A stretch of 63,959 bases of DNA, counting the filler, from a bacterium (lineage in GTDB: Bacteria > UBA9089 > CG2-30-40-21 > SBAY01), in the NCBI GenBank assembly GCA_040757115.1. It is 14 parts of 14 records of this genome, joined end to end, with 100 filler letters (N's around TTAATTAATTAA, not from the genome) between each part and the next. Parts side by side here need not be neighbours in the genome. Positions count along the whole stretch, not along the records: positions 52,605 to 55,473 come from JBFLYA010000360.1; positions 55,574 to 58,439 come from JBFLYA010000361.1; positions 58,540 to 61,405 come from JBFLYA010000362.1; positions 61,506 to 63,959 come from JBFLYA010000378.1; 10 more parts are not named here. One strand, written 5' to 3'. Positions 52,809 through 63,959 of the stretch are shown piece after piece. Numbering within the stretch: the first letter of the stretch is position 1; each line of letters starts with the position of its first letter. The translations under genes were made by a program, and so were the position numbers. The notes under the pieces were generated by a model. It was not told where the DNA came from. It saw only the letters and a program-made list of their open reading frames with translations, and searched no databases.

Positions 52809-54029
52809 ATGGGAATAACTGTTAGAAAATATGGTGGTTCATCAGTGGCTACTCCAGAACGGATAAAAAAAGTTGCAGAACAAATAGTCCGGGCTAAGAA
52901 AACAGAACATCAAATAGTAGTTGTTGTTTCTGCATTAGGCGATACGACGGATGACTTGATTGAATTAGCTCACCAAATTACTACTCTACCTGATGAACGG
53001 GAAATGGATATGTTATTATCCACTGGTGAGCAAATCTCCTGTGCCTTAATGAGTATTGCTTTAACCTCGATGGGGTGTCCTGCGGTATCTCTAAACGCTC
53101 AGCAAGTTGAGATTTTGACAGATAAAGCATACACTAAAGCCAAAATTCAAAAGGTAAGCACCGAGAGAATTCTAAAAGAACTAAAATCAGGTAAAATCGT
53201 GGTAGTTGCTGGATTTCAAGGCATTACAGAAGAAGGAGATATTACAACACTGGGTAGAGGGGGCTCAGATACAACCGCTGTGGCATTAGCCGCCGTATTA
53301 GATGCTGATGTTTGTGAAATATTTACGGATGTAGAAGGTGTCTATACGGCTGACCCAAGAATTGTTCCGGATGCTCGAAAGATAGAATTAATCTCTTATG
53401 AAGAGATGTTGGAATTAGCCAGTGCTGGGGCAAAGGTTCTTCAATCACGCTCTGTGGAAATGGCTAAGAAATTTGGAGTTAAAATTCATGTCAGGTCCAG
53501 TTTTAATGATTCACCTGGAACTATAGTTTGTGAGGAGGTAGCAGATATGGAAGAAATATTAGTCAGTGGGGTAACTTTAAATCTTGATGAAGCAAAGATT
53601 ACTATTTTAGATGTGCCTGATAAACCGGGTATGGCCGCAAAAATATTTACGGCATTAAGTGACAAAAATACCAATGTCGATATGATTGTTCAAAGTGCCC
53701 CTTCAAATGAAACAAATGAAATCTCTTTTACCGTCAGTAAATCTGATCTAACCAGAGCAGTTAAAATTGTAGAGGAGGTGGCTAAACAAATAGGGGCAAA
53801 GGAAATAACTTCAGATGATAATGTTGCCAAGGTCTCTATTGTTGGAGTGGGTATGCGAAGTCATTCAGGGGTAGCGGCAAAGATGTTTTCTGTCCTGGCA
53901 TCAAAAGGAATTAATCTTGATATGATTAGCACATCTGAGATAAAAATATCTTGCATTATTAAAAAAGACCGTGCAGAAGACGCAGTTAAGTTATTACATG
54001 AAGCCTTTAATCTGTCCCAAAAAAGGTAA
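52809..54029 (+). CDS. lysC: Aspartate kinase
   Basis: KYGGSSV, TTLGRGGSDTTAV, two ACT domains. Confidence 0.97.
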   Translation: MGITVRKYGGSSVATPERIKKVAEQIVRAKKTEHQIVVVVSALGDTTDDLIELAHQITTLPDEREMDMLLSTGEQISCALMSIALTSMGCPAVSLNAQQVEILTDKAYTKAKIQKVSTERILKELKSGKIVVVAGFQGITEEGDITTLGRGGSDTTAVALAAVLDADVCEIFTDVEGVYTADPRIVPDARKIELISYEEMLELASAGAKVLQSRSVEMAKKFGVKIHVRSSFNDSPGTIVCEEVADMEEILVSGVTLNLDEAKITILDVPDKPGMAAKIFTALSDKNTNVDMIVQSAPSNETNEISFTVSKSDLTRAVKIVEEVAKQIGAKEITSDDNVAKVSIVGVGMRSHSGVAAKMFSVLASKGINLDMISTSEIKISCIIKKDRAEDAVKLLHEAFNLSQKR

Positions 54030-54070
54030 GCATTCAGTCATTAATGAAGTTGCGGGATAATAAAAAACAA

Positions 54071-54241
54071 GTAACTATTCAACCACTGATTGACACGGAT
54101 TAGCACGGATAAATAGCAGAGGACAGAGGGCAGAAGGCAGAAGGAGGAAAAAACCTTCAGCCTAATTACGGACACGGAAAACGGACACGATTTACGAATT
54201 TTCAGTGTTTCATCTGTGTCCGTCTGTGGCAGAATAGTTAC
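54071..54241. mobile_element. MITE family C
   Basis: Reverse complement of 38556-38726. Confidence 0.85.
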
Positions 54242-54253
54242 CATTTTTAAGGT

Positions 54254-54558
54254 AACTGGAGTTTCGTGAATTTTCTATGATTCCTTTCTCCTTTAATCTT
54301 TGCGTTCTTTGCGGTCGATTTCTTTGCGTTCTCTGCGGTTAAAAAAGGATAAACCACAAAGGGTACAAAGTAGTAACGCAAAGGACACAAAGGGAAGAAA
54401 ATAGGTGAAGCATTTTTTATCAACTCAACTTCAAAGGATAAGTTGCAAAAAAAATCATCAGGCTTTTGAGCCTAATTTTGCCATCTTTGAGCAAAATAAA
54501 CAGATTGAGAAGGATTCAGATAGCCTCAATGGCTCCTTAAATTAACGAAACTTCAGTT
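54254..54558. mobile_element. MITE family L
   Basis: AACTGGAGTTTCGTGAATT...AATTAACGAAACTTCAGTT; same left end at 61334. Confidence 0.7.
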
Positions 54559-54655
54559 GACATCAAATTACAAAAAAATAATTTTTTTATCTTGACATTT
54601 TTTAATTCTTGTGGTATAGTTTATATAAGCTAATAAATGGCTAAGAAGGAGAAAA

Positions 54656-55473
54656 ATGGTGAAAGTATTTAAAATTGCTTTATATTCCTTTATCTTCTGT
54701 TTCCTGCCAATTAGTTTAAATGCAACAGATTTGACTTATCAAGCTAAAAAAATATCCACTCTTTCTAAACAAGTCCATAAATTATCATCTCAAATTGCCC
54801 CAAAAGGCATATTATCCCCAGAGGCAAAGAAGTTAACTAAGGTAATTGAAGAATTAGAATCTTGCCTCAAAACTACTCTAAAAGACATTAAATCTACCCC
54901 CCCCTCAATCAATCATCTAAAAAATCTACAAATAAAGATAGCCAGTTTTACACCACTATTAGATTTAATCAACAAAGATGTCCAGATAAAGTTTAAACAG
55001 ATAGAACAATTAGTTCAGACAAAGGGGTTTGGTGAAGAAGTATTTGACAGACATAAAAGTTATGTTAAAGAGTATGATGAGAAACTATCCAGGCTAAAGA
55101 GGTATCTAAATGAATTAACTAATCAAACTACGGACATCGAACAACGGATTACGGAATTATTAGACTACATAGAGACAGAGTTAAAGGTAGATAATGTATA
55201 TCGTCCTGGTCCACAACCTGAACTACCCGAAAGGCGAATGCCACCTACAGAGCCGAAATATGTGTCTATTGAGGAATTAGAGGGATATGAATCTGTTAAC
55301 CCTCCTGAAGGAAGATTATTTACACAAGAGGAGTTAAAGAAGGCAGGAGAACAATTATCAACGATTAAAACTATACCTGAATTAACTGCACCTACAAAAG
55401 GTGATTTAGACGAGACACATGATATTCAGATTACGCAGGAGATTCAGGATTTAGCTGCCAGTTTAGACCATAA
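54656..55473 (+). CDS. Large secreted protein, 5' part (possibly transglutaminase-like)
   Basis: Signal peptide; DLDETHDIQITQEIQDLAASL at the contig edge; TTGACA...TATAGT promoter. Confidence 0.6.
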
Positions 55474-55573
55474 NNNNNNNNNNNNNNNNNNNNNNNNNNN
55501 NNNNNNNNNNNNNNNNNTTAATTAATTAANNNNNNNNNNNNNNNNNNNNNNNNNNNNNNNNNNNNNNNNNNNN

Positions 55574-55887
55574 ATTGTGGAAAACAACAAATTTCCATAA
55601 ATTTCTATTAGTTTCTATTAATTTCAATTTTTTTAATAATATCTCCCTATCTCCTTAATCTCCACATCTCCTTTTGTTACACCACCTGAACGCTTACCTA
55701 CATTCAATATTTTGTAAGTGTTCCGAAATCTCAATCAATATTAGTAACTCAAGACCTGAACGGTTACGAAAATTCAGGTATAGTGCCTCGTGTCTCCTCT
55801 CCTTCTCCGTTTCCCCCTTTCTCATCTGTCCTCTGACCTCTGTATTTATCCGTGCTAATCCGTGTTAATCAGTGGTTGAATAGTTAC
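55574..55887. mobile_element. Cluster of GTAA-end MITEs (A half to 55697, 55-bp mini element 55713-55767, C end to 55887)
   Basis: Three TGAA..(G/C)TTAC termini. Confidence 0.75.
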
Positions 55888-58094
55888 ACTATCGGTTGCA
55901 TCTTTAGAGCAGGATGATTTACCTTTTGGAGATAGGCAAGGACTTCATTCTCGGTTGTAGCAATAGTTTCGTCAGCAATCAGGTCAACAAAATTCTCAAG
56001 ACCACTTTCTTTAGATTGCTGTTCTAACAGTTCACGGCTAAATTCTTTTAATTTTTTAGGCATCCAGACAATCCGTTTAAAACCACCTTCAGCGGAAATA
56101 TATTTTTTACTGCCGATATAATACTTTGAGTGGCCAATAAATCCTGGAGTTTGCAAACCGCCTCCAACCGAGCCGGCTAATGTAGAGAATTTCATCCCGC
56201 AAGGCGTCATATTGGTATAGTCTCTATCAACAATCATCACTCCATTAGTTGAAGGTAACAAAGCCGTGATACATTCAAAACAACCACAACTGGTCATTGG
56301 GTCAATCATCATTGAGTAGGCACTCATTTGGTCTATCTTGCCGTGAGAGGCCTTTTTTATAAAGGCGTTGACATTATCCCATTGTCCGATTACCGGGTCG
56401 AGGCAATTGCCTTTTTGAATCGGTTGATTGGGTCCATCAGGTTTAATTTGATGAGCGGCTTTTGTATCCAGCCAATTATATGCCCCACAAAGCCCAGACC
56501 GCTCCGGTGTAACTATACAAAGATGATTGGGGGCAAAGGATTGACATAATGTGCAGGAATAAAGAACCTCCACTCCTTCATCAGTCAAGCCTTTAACCCT
56601 TTCGTCCCTTTCACGATAGGTAGTTTTGGCAATATTCATCATTTCAGTCGCCTTCTCCACATCTGTATAAATTTTTACCTGAACACGGTCAATGATTGAG
56701 CTGTATTCTGCATGGGATTTGGCAATAATAATCTTGCCCAGATGAGCAAGTCTAAGACCGCTATTAAATGCTGATTTACTTATTCTTATCCAGATGATAT
56801 TTCTCTGGCCAATATGGAGTAGTCCTTGAGCACCATTCAGGATTTCATGGATATGTCGTTCAAGGATTGGTTCAAAATCCTTTTGCATCCTGGCACCAGC
56901 AACCTCAACCCATATCCCAAGTGGAAAACCAATCCCTTCTTTAATCTCATCCAGGTCAGGTCCAATTACCTCAATTTTACCATCCTCTACCTCTTGAACA
57001 GGTTTTGTGGTTACAAATTCAAATGCCGGGACTTTAGTTCGAACCTCATTTGCCTCAGCGTATAAATCCTCTTTACCTATTCTTTCACCGGCAAAGGCTG
57101 GTCCATAAAGGACAGGTATATCAATCTTTGTGACCACAACCTTTAATCCTCGAACCTCAATTGCTCGCTCCACCATTTTGTCAAAAGGCACATTTGAAAC
57201 AACATGCTCATACATACATACGCCCGTTGGAAGAATTTGAGGAATAGGGGTGTAGGATATAGTTGGAAATCCGTAGTTGATAGCGCCGGCGGCGGTGGCA
57301 TACCATTCATCTGAAACTTCACCTAAGGCTAAAACAAAGGCAAAGACACGATGTTTGTTGTAGATAAGATTTCGTCGATAATCTCCAGGTTCAACGCCAC
57401 CAAAAGCCATAGCCGCTCTTGAGGCAAAACCTAAGGCAAAAATTGCCCCATAGATTTCATTTGAAAAAGGTATAAGTCTTGTTTCCCAGCCCATCTGAAC
57501 ACCTTCTTGCCTTAACTGTTTTGACATGCTATTACCATCATTTTCAGCACACATAAAAACATACAGGGTTTTTTCCTGGAGTTCTTTGGCTAATTTAGCC
57601 GCAGTTTGGGGATCCGGACAGGCACCAACACAAGCCGCAAAACCAGGTGCACTACCATCCACGAATTCTATACCACGCTCCCGCATTATCTTATCATCAG
57701 CCGCACCGATGAATAAATGGTCATCATCCGGAGCTGTCGCAATAAGATAAGGAATTGGGGTTTCAAGATATTTTAAAGCCTCGATTACCTCCTCTGCCCA
57801 CAAAGTAATCATCCCTGCATCTAAAACCCAACCCAGATATGGCAGGTGAATACCTTCATCAACAAAAGGTGGAAGTAAATCCTTACATTTTTTAACAACC
57901 CCTTCCATATCCGTAAGATTTTTGACTTTAATCCCACTCATCGCATAAATGATTGGCAAATAGTAGCCGGTATTTGGGAATCCAATTTCCTGGTTTGGTC
58001 CAAATTTGTCAATCGACTCTTTTAACCGTGTATCGGCTAAATTTACAATTTTATGTGCGCCACGAATGGCGGCTGATGCAATTATTTTAGACAT
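55884..58094 (-). CDS. acsB: CO-methylating acetyl-CoA synthase (bacterial type)
   Basis: YSCTLCQSFAPNHLC, GLCGA, PMTSCGCFE, GGGLQTPGF. Confidence 0.97.
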   Translation of the reverse strand: MSKIIASAAIRGAHKIVNLADTRLKESIDKFGPNQEIGFPNTGYYLPIIYAMSGIKVKNLTDMEGVVKKCKDLLPPFVDEGIHLPYLGWVLDAGMITLWAEEVIEALKYLETPIPYLIATAPDDDHLFIGAADDKIMRERGIEFVDGSAPGFAACVGACPDPQTAAKLAKELQEKTLYVFMCAENDGNSMSKQLRQEGVQMGWETRLIPFSNEIYGAIFALGFASRAAMAFGGVEPGDYRRNLIYNKHRVFAFVLALGEVSDEWYATAAGAINYGFPTISYTPIPQILPTGVCMYEHVVSNVPFDKMVERAIEVRGLKVVVTKIDIPVLYGPAFAGERIGKEDLYAEANEVRTKVPAFEFVTTKPVQEVEDGKIEVIGPDLDEIKEGIGFPLGIWVEVAGARMQKDFEPILERHIHEILNGAQGLLHIGQRNIIWIRISKSAFNSGLRLAHLGKIIIAKSHAEYSSIIDRVQVKIYTDVEKATEMMNIAKTTYRERDERVKGLTDEGVEVLYSCTLCQSFAPNHLCIVTPERSGLCGAYNWLDTKAAHQIKPDGPNQPIQKGNCLDPVIGQWDNVNAFIKKASHGKIDQMSAYSMMIDPMTSCGCFECITALLPSTNGVMIVDRDYTNMTPCGMKFSTLAGSVGGGLQTPGFIGHSKYYIGSKKYISAEGGFKRIVWMPKKLKEFSRELLEQQSKESGLENFVDLIADETIATTENEVLAYLQKVNHPALKMQPIV

Positions 58095-58208
58095 TGGTTA
58101 CCTCCTTGTCTTTGGGAATTTAGGGTTCTGCAAAACTAAGAAACTGTAGTTTTTAAGCGGGTATTTAAAACCTCTATTTTTTCCTCCAAATATCAAAATG
58201 CAAAACTC

Positions 58209-58299
58209 GTTTATAGTTTATGGTTTATGGTTTATAGTTTATAGTTTATGGTTTATAGTTTATGGTTTATAGTTTATGGTTTATGGTTTATGGTTTATA
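58209..58299. repeat. Tandem heptamer GTTTAT(A/G) x13
   Basis: Counted directly. Confidence 0.9.
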
Positions 58300-58539
58300 C
58301 TCGATGTTCAAGTTTTTTAGTTTTAGAGGCATAAAGTCCTTATTTTTATTTTAGCTCAAGTGAGACAATATGCTGTTCTCCATTTCAAGAAAGGGGTTGA
58401 TTCCAAATGTCCCCACTCTCGATTGACCATATGTTTCTTNNNNNNNNNNNNNNNNNNNNNNNNNNNNNNNNNNNNNNNNNNNNTTAATTAATTAANNNNN
58501 NNNNNNNNNNNNNNNNNNNNNNNNNNNNNNNNNNNNNNN

Positions 58540-58798
58540 TGGAGATTAAGGAGATAGGGAGATATTATTAAAAAAATTGAAATTAATAGAAATTTATGGA
58601 AATTTGTTGTTTTCCACAATCAATTTCTACCTATTTCTATAAATTTCAATCTATTTCTATTATCTTCTCCATATCACTCTTATCTCCTTATCCCCTTTCT
58701 TACACTTTTGATATATAGCCTGAACGGTTACAAAAAAAGATATTTTCCTCTCTGTTTTTCTCTGCGTCTCTGCGGTAAAGGATTACCTGAACGGTTAC
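58540..58798. mobile_element. MITE family A (to 58731) nested in family B (to 58798)
   Basis: Two successive CCTGAACGGTTAC termini. Confidence 0.8.
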
Positions 58799-58834
58799 AA
58801 TTATTTGTTGGAAAGACACTATTTCAGTCTGTCG

Positions 58835-59053
58835 TTATACCGCTTCTACTGATTCGACCTCAGGAACTTCTTTTTTTAAGATTTGTTCAATTCCCTGTTT
58901 CAGGCTCATTTGAGCCATAGGACAACAGCCACAGGCCCCGGTTAATTTCACCTTGACAACGCCGTTTTCTATCCCAACTAATTCTACATCTCCACCATCA
59001 TTTTGAAGAGAACCACGGATACCTTCTAATACATTTTTTACTTTTTCTATCAT
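58835..59053 (-). CDS. NifU C-terminal (NfuA-like) domain protein
   Basis: DGGDVEL, GACGCCP. Confidence 0.92.
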   Translation of the reverse strand: MIEKVKNVLEGIRGSLQNDGGDVELVGIENGVVKVKLTGACGCCPMAQMSLKQGIEQILKKEVPEVESVEAV

Positions 59054-59216
59054 TTTTTGCCTCCTTGATTTTGGTAAATGGTAAATGGTGAATGGTAATT
59101 AGTCACCAATTACTTGCTTTTAATTTCGTGAAGCTCTATTTATGAGCGTTTATATATAATATCAGATTTTGGTTAATCTGTCAAAGGAAATTTCGACCTG
59201 TCTGGTTAGAAATTAT

Positions 59217-59469
59217 GTAACCGTTCAGGTGGTAATTTACCGCAGAGACGCAGAGGAACAGAGAAGACATAGAAATAAATCAGATAACAGAAAAGATATT
59301 GAGGTAATCTTTGTAATACATAGGACATCAAAACCAAATTTGTTAATCAATCATGATATGTTGGTCCTCAAAAACTTGCACTGATGAAAATTCGTGATGG
59401 AATTCTGCGTCTGGTGAATAGATTTTAATTTTTTCTCTGCGTCTCTGTGTCTCTGCGGTGAACGGTTAC
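59217..59469. mobile_element. MITE family B
   Basis: GTAACCGTTCA...TGAACGGTTAC, perfect 11-bp inverted repeat. Confidence 0.85.
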
Positions 59470-59616
59470 GCAAGGAAAAGGTAAAAAACATCCTTGAAGG
59501 AATAAAATCAGAATAATAGTGACTGAGCCTTTGGAGATAATTCCTGCGGAATTAGTTACGAAAAACTACTTGACTTTTTTTTAATCGTGTGTTACCATTT
59601 TACGAAGGGGATAGCC

Positions 59617-59805
59617 ATGCGATGCACAAGATGTAATTTTGATAATGATGAAGACGATGGATATTGCATTATGTGTGGTAATAGATTAAAAAATACTTGC
59701 CCACGGTGTCATTGGGTCAACCGTGATGGGTCAAAATATTGTGGTAAGTGTGGATACGCTATCTCGCCAGCACGCAGAACTTCAAGGTATCAGGAACCAA
59801 GATGA
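59617..59805 (+). CDS. Double zinc-ribbon protein
   Basis: Four CxxC pairs. Confidence 0.75.
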   Translation: MRCTRCNFDNDEDDGYCIMCGNRLKNTCPRCHWVNRDGSKYCGKCGYAISPARRTSRYQEPR

Positions 59806-60179
59806 ACAAAAAGGTTATTTCAATAGATAAAACTATCGATACACCTTATTCGCCAGCAGTTGCTTTTGGGAATTTGCTATTTGTCTCAGGACAGATAGCA
59901 AGTGGTAAAAATAGTTTAGAAGAAGAGATTACAACGGCATTAAATAAATTAAAAAGTATCTTACAATCAGCCGGGTCGTCTTTAGAGTGCGTTTTGAAAA
60001 CAACCGTATTTTTAAAGGATATGAAAAATTTTAATCTAATGAATGAGATTTATAAAACTTACTTTAAAGCAGAGCCTCCAGCACGAAGTTGTGTTGAAGT
60101 CAGCAGGCTCCCATTTGATGTAAATTTTGAAATAGAAGCGATAGCGTATATAGCACTTATTAATCGAAATTTGACATAG
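59802..60179 (+). CDS. RidA/YjgF-family enamine deaminase
   Basis: PYSPAV, VSGQI, PARSCVEVSRLP, EIEAIA; C-terminus from MITE J. Confidence 0.92.
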   Translation: MNKKVISIDKTIDTPYSPAVAFGNLLFVSGQIASGKNSLEEEITTALNKLKSILQSAGSSLECVLKTTVFLKDMKNFNLMNEIYKTYFKAEPPARSCVEVSRLPFDVNFEIEAIAYIALINRNLT

Positions 60180-60368
60180 ATATGGCTATGAAATTCCAAA
60201 TCACAAATTCCAAATTCCAAATAAATTCAAATAACCAAAATTCAAAACATTACCCCCATAGTTTGTATTTAGGACTTGAAATTTGATGCTTATTTGAGAT
60301 TTGGTGCTTGGGATTTGGGATTTTTTACTTATCCACTCTGAGTAAAGTTTTGACTAATAACTGTTATA
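60149..60368. mobile_element. MITE family J
   Basis: Inverted relative of 43149-43397. Confidence 0.8.
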
Positions 60369-60385
60369 TTCCTTGAGAAAAACTA

Positions 60386-61324
60386 ATGAGTTGGAAAGAT
60401 ATTTTAGGTCAACAGCAGGCAATTAATATCCTGAAAAAGGTCATTGAACAAAATCGACTGGCATCCGCTTATTTATTCCTCGGACCTGATGGTGTTGGGA
60501 AGATTAAAACAGCTAAACAATTAGCCAAAATATGTAATTGCCAGGATATAAAAGAAGGGGATAGTTGTGAGATTTGCAATTCGTGTTATAAAATCAATCA
60601 CGATATTCACCCGGATGTTAAACTGATTAAACCAGCCGCTATGCACTTCCTTCTCCCACAAATTCAGGATTTACAAAAAGATGTCTTTGTTAGTCCTTTT
60701 GAAGGCAGAAAGAAGGTCTATCTTCTTGATGAAGTAGATAAAATGACTCCAGAGGCGGCGAATGCCTTTCTTAAAACATTAGAAGAACCATCTCCAACAA
60801 CTCTATTTATATTGATTACAAGTCGGCCAGAAACCCTTTTACCAACGATTCTCTCAAGATGTCAACCAGTAAGGTTTAATTTAATTCCAGAAGACATTCA
60901 GAGTCAAATATTTTTGAGATGGCAAATAGAACCATCAAAAATTTCTTTATTGACACAACTCTCTGGAGGTAGTATTGGCAAGGCAAAAGAATATTTAGAA
61001 AAAGATGTATTTGTTTCTCTTGAGAAATTAGCCCCGTTACTTGAAAGTATCTTAAAAAAAGAAGAAGGATTCCTGCTTATTTGCAAATTAGTCACCCTGA
61101 TTTTAGCCGATTATAAAAAGGAAGATATATCTCTTTTTTTTGAATTACTTTCAGTCTGGTTAAAACAAAAACTATCAGTCAACTTTATAAATTTGTATCG
61201 AGCAATTGATGTTGTAATGGAAACACAAAAGATGATTAAGTTTAAAAATGCAAATTTACAATTATCGCTGGAGGTTATGTTTATTAATTTAAAAGACATT
61301 CTATGTCAAATGAATAATTGGTAA
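60386..61324 (+). CDS. holB: DNA polymerase III delta-prime subunit
   Basis: AYLFLGPDGVGK, zinc motif, HPD, AANAFLKTLEEP, TILSRC. Confidence 0.93.
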   Translation: MSWKDILGQQQAINILKKVIEQNRLASAYLFLGPDGVGKIKTAKQLAKICNCQDIKEGDSCEICNSCYKINHDIHPDVKLIKPAAMHFLLPQIQDLQKDVFVSPFEGRKKVYLLDEVDKMTPEAANAFLKTLEEPSPTTLFILITSRPETLLPTILSRCQPVRFNLIPEDIQSQIFLRWQIEPSKISLLTQLSGGSIGKAKEYLEKDVFVSLEKLAPLLESILKKEEGFLLICKLVTLILADYKKEDISLFFELLSVWLKQKLSVNFINLYRAIDVVMETQKMIKFKNANLQLSLEVMFINLKDILCQMNNW

Positions 61325-61505
61325 CTAAATAAAAACTGGAGTTTCGTGAATTTATTCATCATGGTTTAACCATAACCTTGCAATATAAATTCCAAATTTC
61401 AAATANNNNNNNNNNNNNNNNNNNNNNNNNNNNNNNNNNNNNNNNNNNNTTAATTAATTAANNNNNNNNNNNNNNNNNNNNNNNNNNNNNNNNNNNNNNN
61501 NNNNN

Positions 61506-61636
61506 GAAAGAGATAATTTTACATTTTGATATGTAATTTTTATATTTGCTTTTTGCATTTTGCTCTTTGGAGGAAATCCCTTTTGGACACCAAATCTGCA
61601 TAGATTTCACTATTAGAGTTATTGTCAGACACCACC
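61506..61636. mobile_element. MITE family E, partial
   Basis: Matches 24660-24790. Confidence 0.85.
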
Positions 61637-61694
61637 CAAAATTCCTGATGAAGTAGTGGAGGCAGACTATAAGAATTTTAAAGAAGGTAGAGAT

Positions 61695-62141
61695 ATGGAT
61701 ATAAAAAGGGTTAATAAATTAATTACCATTATGGAAGAGGAAAACCTATCAGAAGTAGAGATAGAGGATGAGGATTTTAAAGTTAAACTTAAAAAGCCTC
61801 AAGGTGGTGGGGTAATAGAATCTATATCTAAACCAAAAGGGTTACCTACACAAAAAATCCCCATTAAGGAATTAAAAAAGAAGGATTTGATTACCTTGAC
61901 ATCTCCAATGGTAGGTTTTTTTTATCTCTCACCAACTCCAACCTCTCCTCCTTATGTTAAAATTGGGGATAAGGTTACGCCAACAGATATAGTCTGTGCG
62001 ATTGAAGTTATGGGAGTAATCAATGAGATAGAGGCAAAGACTTATGGTAAGATTAAGGAGATATTGGTTGAAGAGGGACATCCAGTCGAGTATGGTCAAC
62101 CTCTATTTTTGATTAAACTAGGGGGAGAAGAAGATGTTTAA
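61695..62141 (+). CDS. accB: Biotin carboxyl carrier protein homolog lacking the biotinylated lysine
   Basis: [30 protein letters not shown] in place of IEAMKxxNEIEA. Confidence 0.85.
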   Translation: MDIKRVNKLITIMEEENLSEVEIEDEDFKVKLKKPQGGGVIESISKPKGLPTQKIPIKELKKKDLITLTSPMVGFFYLSPTPTSPPYVKIGDKVTPTDIVCAIEVMGVINEIEAKTYGKIKEILVEEGHPVEYGQPLFLIKLGGEEDV

Positions 62142-63477
62142 GAAAATTTTGATTGCAAATCGTGGCGAAATAGCCATAAGGATAATCCGCGCCGCCAAAG
62201 AATTGGGGATAAGAACTGTTGCGGTTTATTCTGATGCAGATAGGGATTCTTTACATTTACAATATGCGGATGAATCTATTTGTATTGGCCCGGCATCAAG
62301 TCAGGAAAGTTACCTGAACATTCCACAGGTAATTAGTGCGGCGATTATTACCGGGGCAGAGGCAATTCATCCGGGATATGGATTTCTGGCAGAAAATGCA
62401 AAATTTGCTGAAATTTGTGAGAGTCATCAAATTGGTTTTATTGGTCCCACTTCCCAGACTATTGCCAAAATGGGTGATAAAATCGAAGCACGACGCATAA
62501 TGAAACATGCAGGTGTGCCAATTATTCCAGGTTCAACTAAACCAATTGAATCATCTAAAGATACCACCCGAATAATTGAAAAGATAGGCTATCCGGTGAT
62601 GCTCAAGGCAACTGCTGGCGGTGGTGGTAAAGGGGTTCGGATTGTCTGGAATAAAGATGAATTACCGCGTGCCTTTGAAATTGCTTCTGCGGAGGCTAAT
62701 GCCGCCTTTAAAAACCCATCTTTGTATATCGAACGCTATCTCCACGAACCCAGACATATTGAAGTTCAGATATTAGCGGATAAATATGGAAATATGGTTC
62801 ATCTTGGTGAGCGGGAATGTTCTATTCAACATCGACATCAAAAATTAATTGAAGAATCACCTTCGTCAGCTGTCGATGAAAGATTACGAACGAAAATAAC
62901 TGACGCGGCTTTAAAAGCCGCTAAAGCAGTTAAATACAGTAATGTCGGCACGATTGAATTTTTACTTGATAACGATAAAAACTTTTATTTTATTGAAATG
63001 AATACCCGAATCCAGGTTGAGCATCCGGTAACGGAATTTGTTACTGGAATTGATTTAATTAAAGAACAAATCTGTTTAGCCGACGGAGAAAAACTTCGAT
63101 TTTCAAAAAAAGATATTAAACTCCGTGGTCATGCCCTCGAGTGCCGAATAAATGCCACTGACCCGGCTAATGGATTTTCTCCCTCTGCGGGTAAAATCGA
63201 AAACCTTATTTTACCAGGGGGCATTGGTGTCCGTGTGGATACCCATCTTTACCCAGGCTATACTATCCCACCTAATTATGACGCTTTGATTGCCAAAATT
63301 ATTACTTATGGCTTAACTCGTGATGAGGCTATCGCCAGAATGAAAAGGGCACTGGAAGAATGTGTTATTGAAGGGATAAAAACTACTATCCCATTTCATC
63401 AAAAGGTACTGGAACAAGAAACATTTAAAAAAGGAGAAATACATACACACTTTTTATCTGGTATGATTAATATTTAA
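62134..63477 (+). CDS. accC: Biotin carboxylase
   Basis: [34 protein letters not shown]. Confidence 0.98.
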   Translation: MFKKILIANRGEIAIRIIRAAKELGIRTVAVYSDADRDSLHLQYADESICIGPASSQESYLNIPQVISAAIITGAEAIHPGYGFLAENAKFAEICESHQIGFIGPTSQTIAKMGDKIEARRIMKHAGVPIIPGSTKPIESSKDTTRIIEKIGYPVMLKATAGGGGKGVRIVWNKDELPRAFEIASAEANAAFKNPSLYIERYLHEPRHIEVQILADKYGNMVHLGERECSIQHRHQKLIEESPSSAVDERLRTKITDAALKAAKAVKYSNVGTIEFLLDNDKNFYFIEMNTRIQVEHPVTEFVTGIDLIKEQICLADGEKLRFSKKDIKLRGHALECRINATDPANGFSPSAGKIENLILPGGIGVRVDTHLYPGYTIPPNYDALIAKIITYGLTRDEAIARMKRALEECVIEGIKTTIPFHQKVLEQETFKKGEIHTHFLSGMINI

Positions 63478-63587
63478 AGTAATTATTCAGCCACGGATAG
63501 GACGGATAAACAGCAGAGGTCAGAGGCGGATGTTCACCTCTAACGGGAAATTAGGGGGACCTCATCTGTGGCTAAAAGGACTAATCT

Positions 63588-63864
63588 TATGTCACTTATC
63601 GCTGTTTTAAAAGAGCGAGAAAAGAAAACGAAATCCTTAAAAGAAGATGCCTTCAAAGAGGCGAAGAGACTGGCATCACTTTTGAGAAAATATTATAAAT
63701 TTGAAGTTTTCTATCTCTGTGGTTCACTTCTCTCTGATAAGTTCAGACGATATTCAGACATTGATATAGTGATAAAAGGTTTAAAATTTGAGGATTTCTT
63801 CAAAGCCTATGCCTTTCTCATCAAAGAAAGTAGTAACCGTTCAGGCTATATATCAAAAGTGTAA
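63588..63864 (+). pseudogene. Minimal nucleotidyltransferase disrupted by MITE A
   Basis: YLCGSL...SDIDIV; frame runs into the element at 63833. Confidence 0.7.
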
Positions 63865-63959
63865 AAAAGGGGATAAGGAGATAAGAGTGATATGGAGATA
63901 AGATAATAGAAATAGATTGAAATTTATAGAAATAGGTAGAAATTGATTGTGGAAAACAA
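63833..63959. mobile_element. MITE family A, partial
   Basis: Reverse complement of 1-126. Confidence 0.85.

Overview
The window is 14 draft-assembly contigs joined by 13 artificial 100-nt spacers (N44-TTAATTAATTAA-N44), so gene order across spacers means nothing. The source looks like an AT-rich, diderm (Omp85, Lol, GT9), probably anaerobic bacterium (AcsB of the Wood-Ljungdahl pathway); taxonomy cannot be fixed from this window. Housekeeping content: spc operon plus rpsM-rpsK, purA/tRNA-Lys/panD, lysC, holB, accBC, yggS, an ECF ATPase and glycosyltransferases. Accessory content: four toxin-antitoxin-like pairs, a DUF1156-methylase/helicase fragment, an isoprenoid pair (fni and a class I isoprenoid synthase) and tadBC. 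The most unusual signals are: (1) at least ten families of small non-autonomous elements with different IS-type ends. They nest inside each other, carry 7-9-mer periodic inverted-repeat cargo and remnants of four-helix-bundle/GxxExxY genes, and often supply host stop codons. (2) An integron-like attC cassette array without integrase. (3) A conserved ~90-nt leader upstream of three exported-protein genes. (4) A GNVGIGT protein family with a shared N-terminus and exchanged C-termini. (5) An AccB homolog lacking the biotin-accepting lysine. All family assignments come from motif recognition, not database searches.
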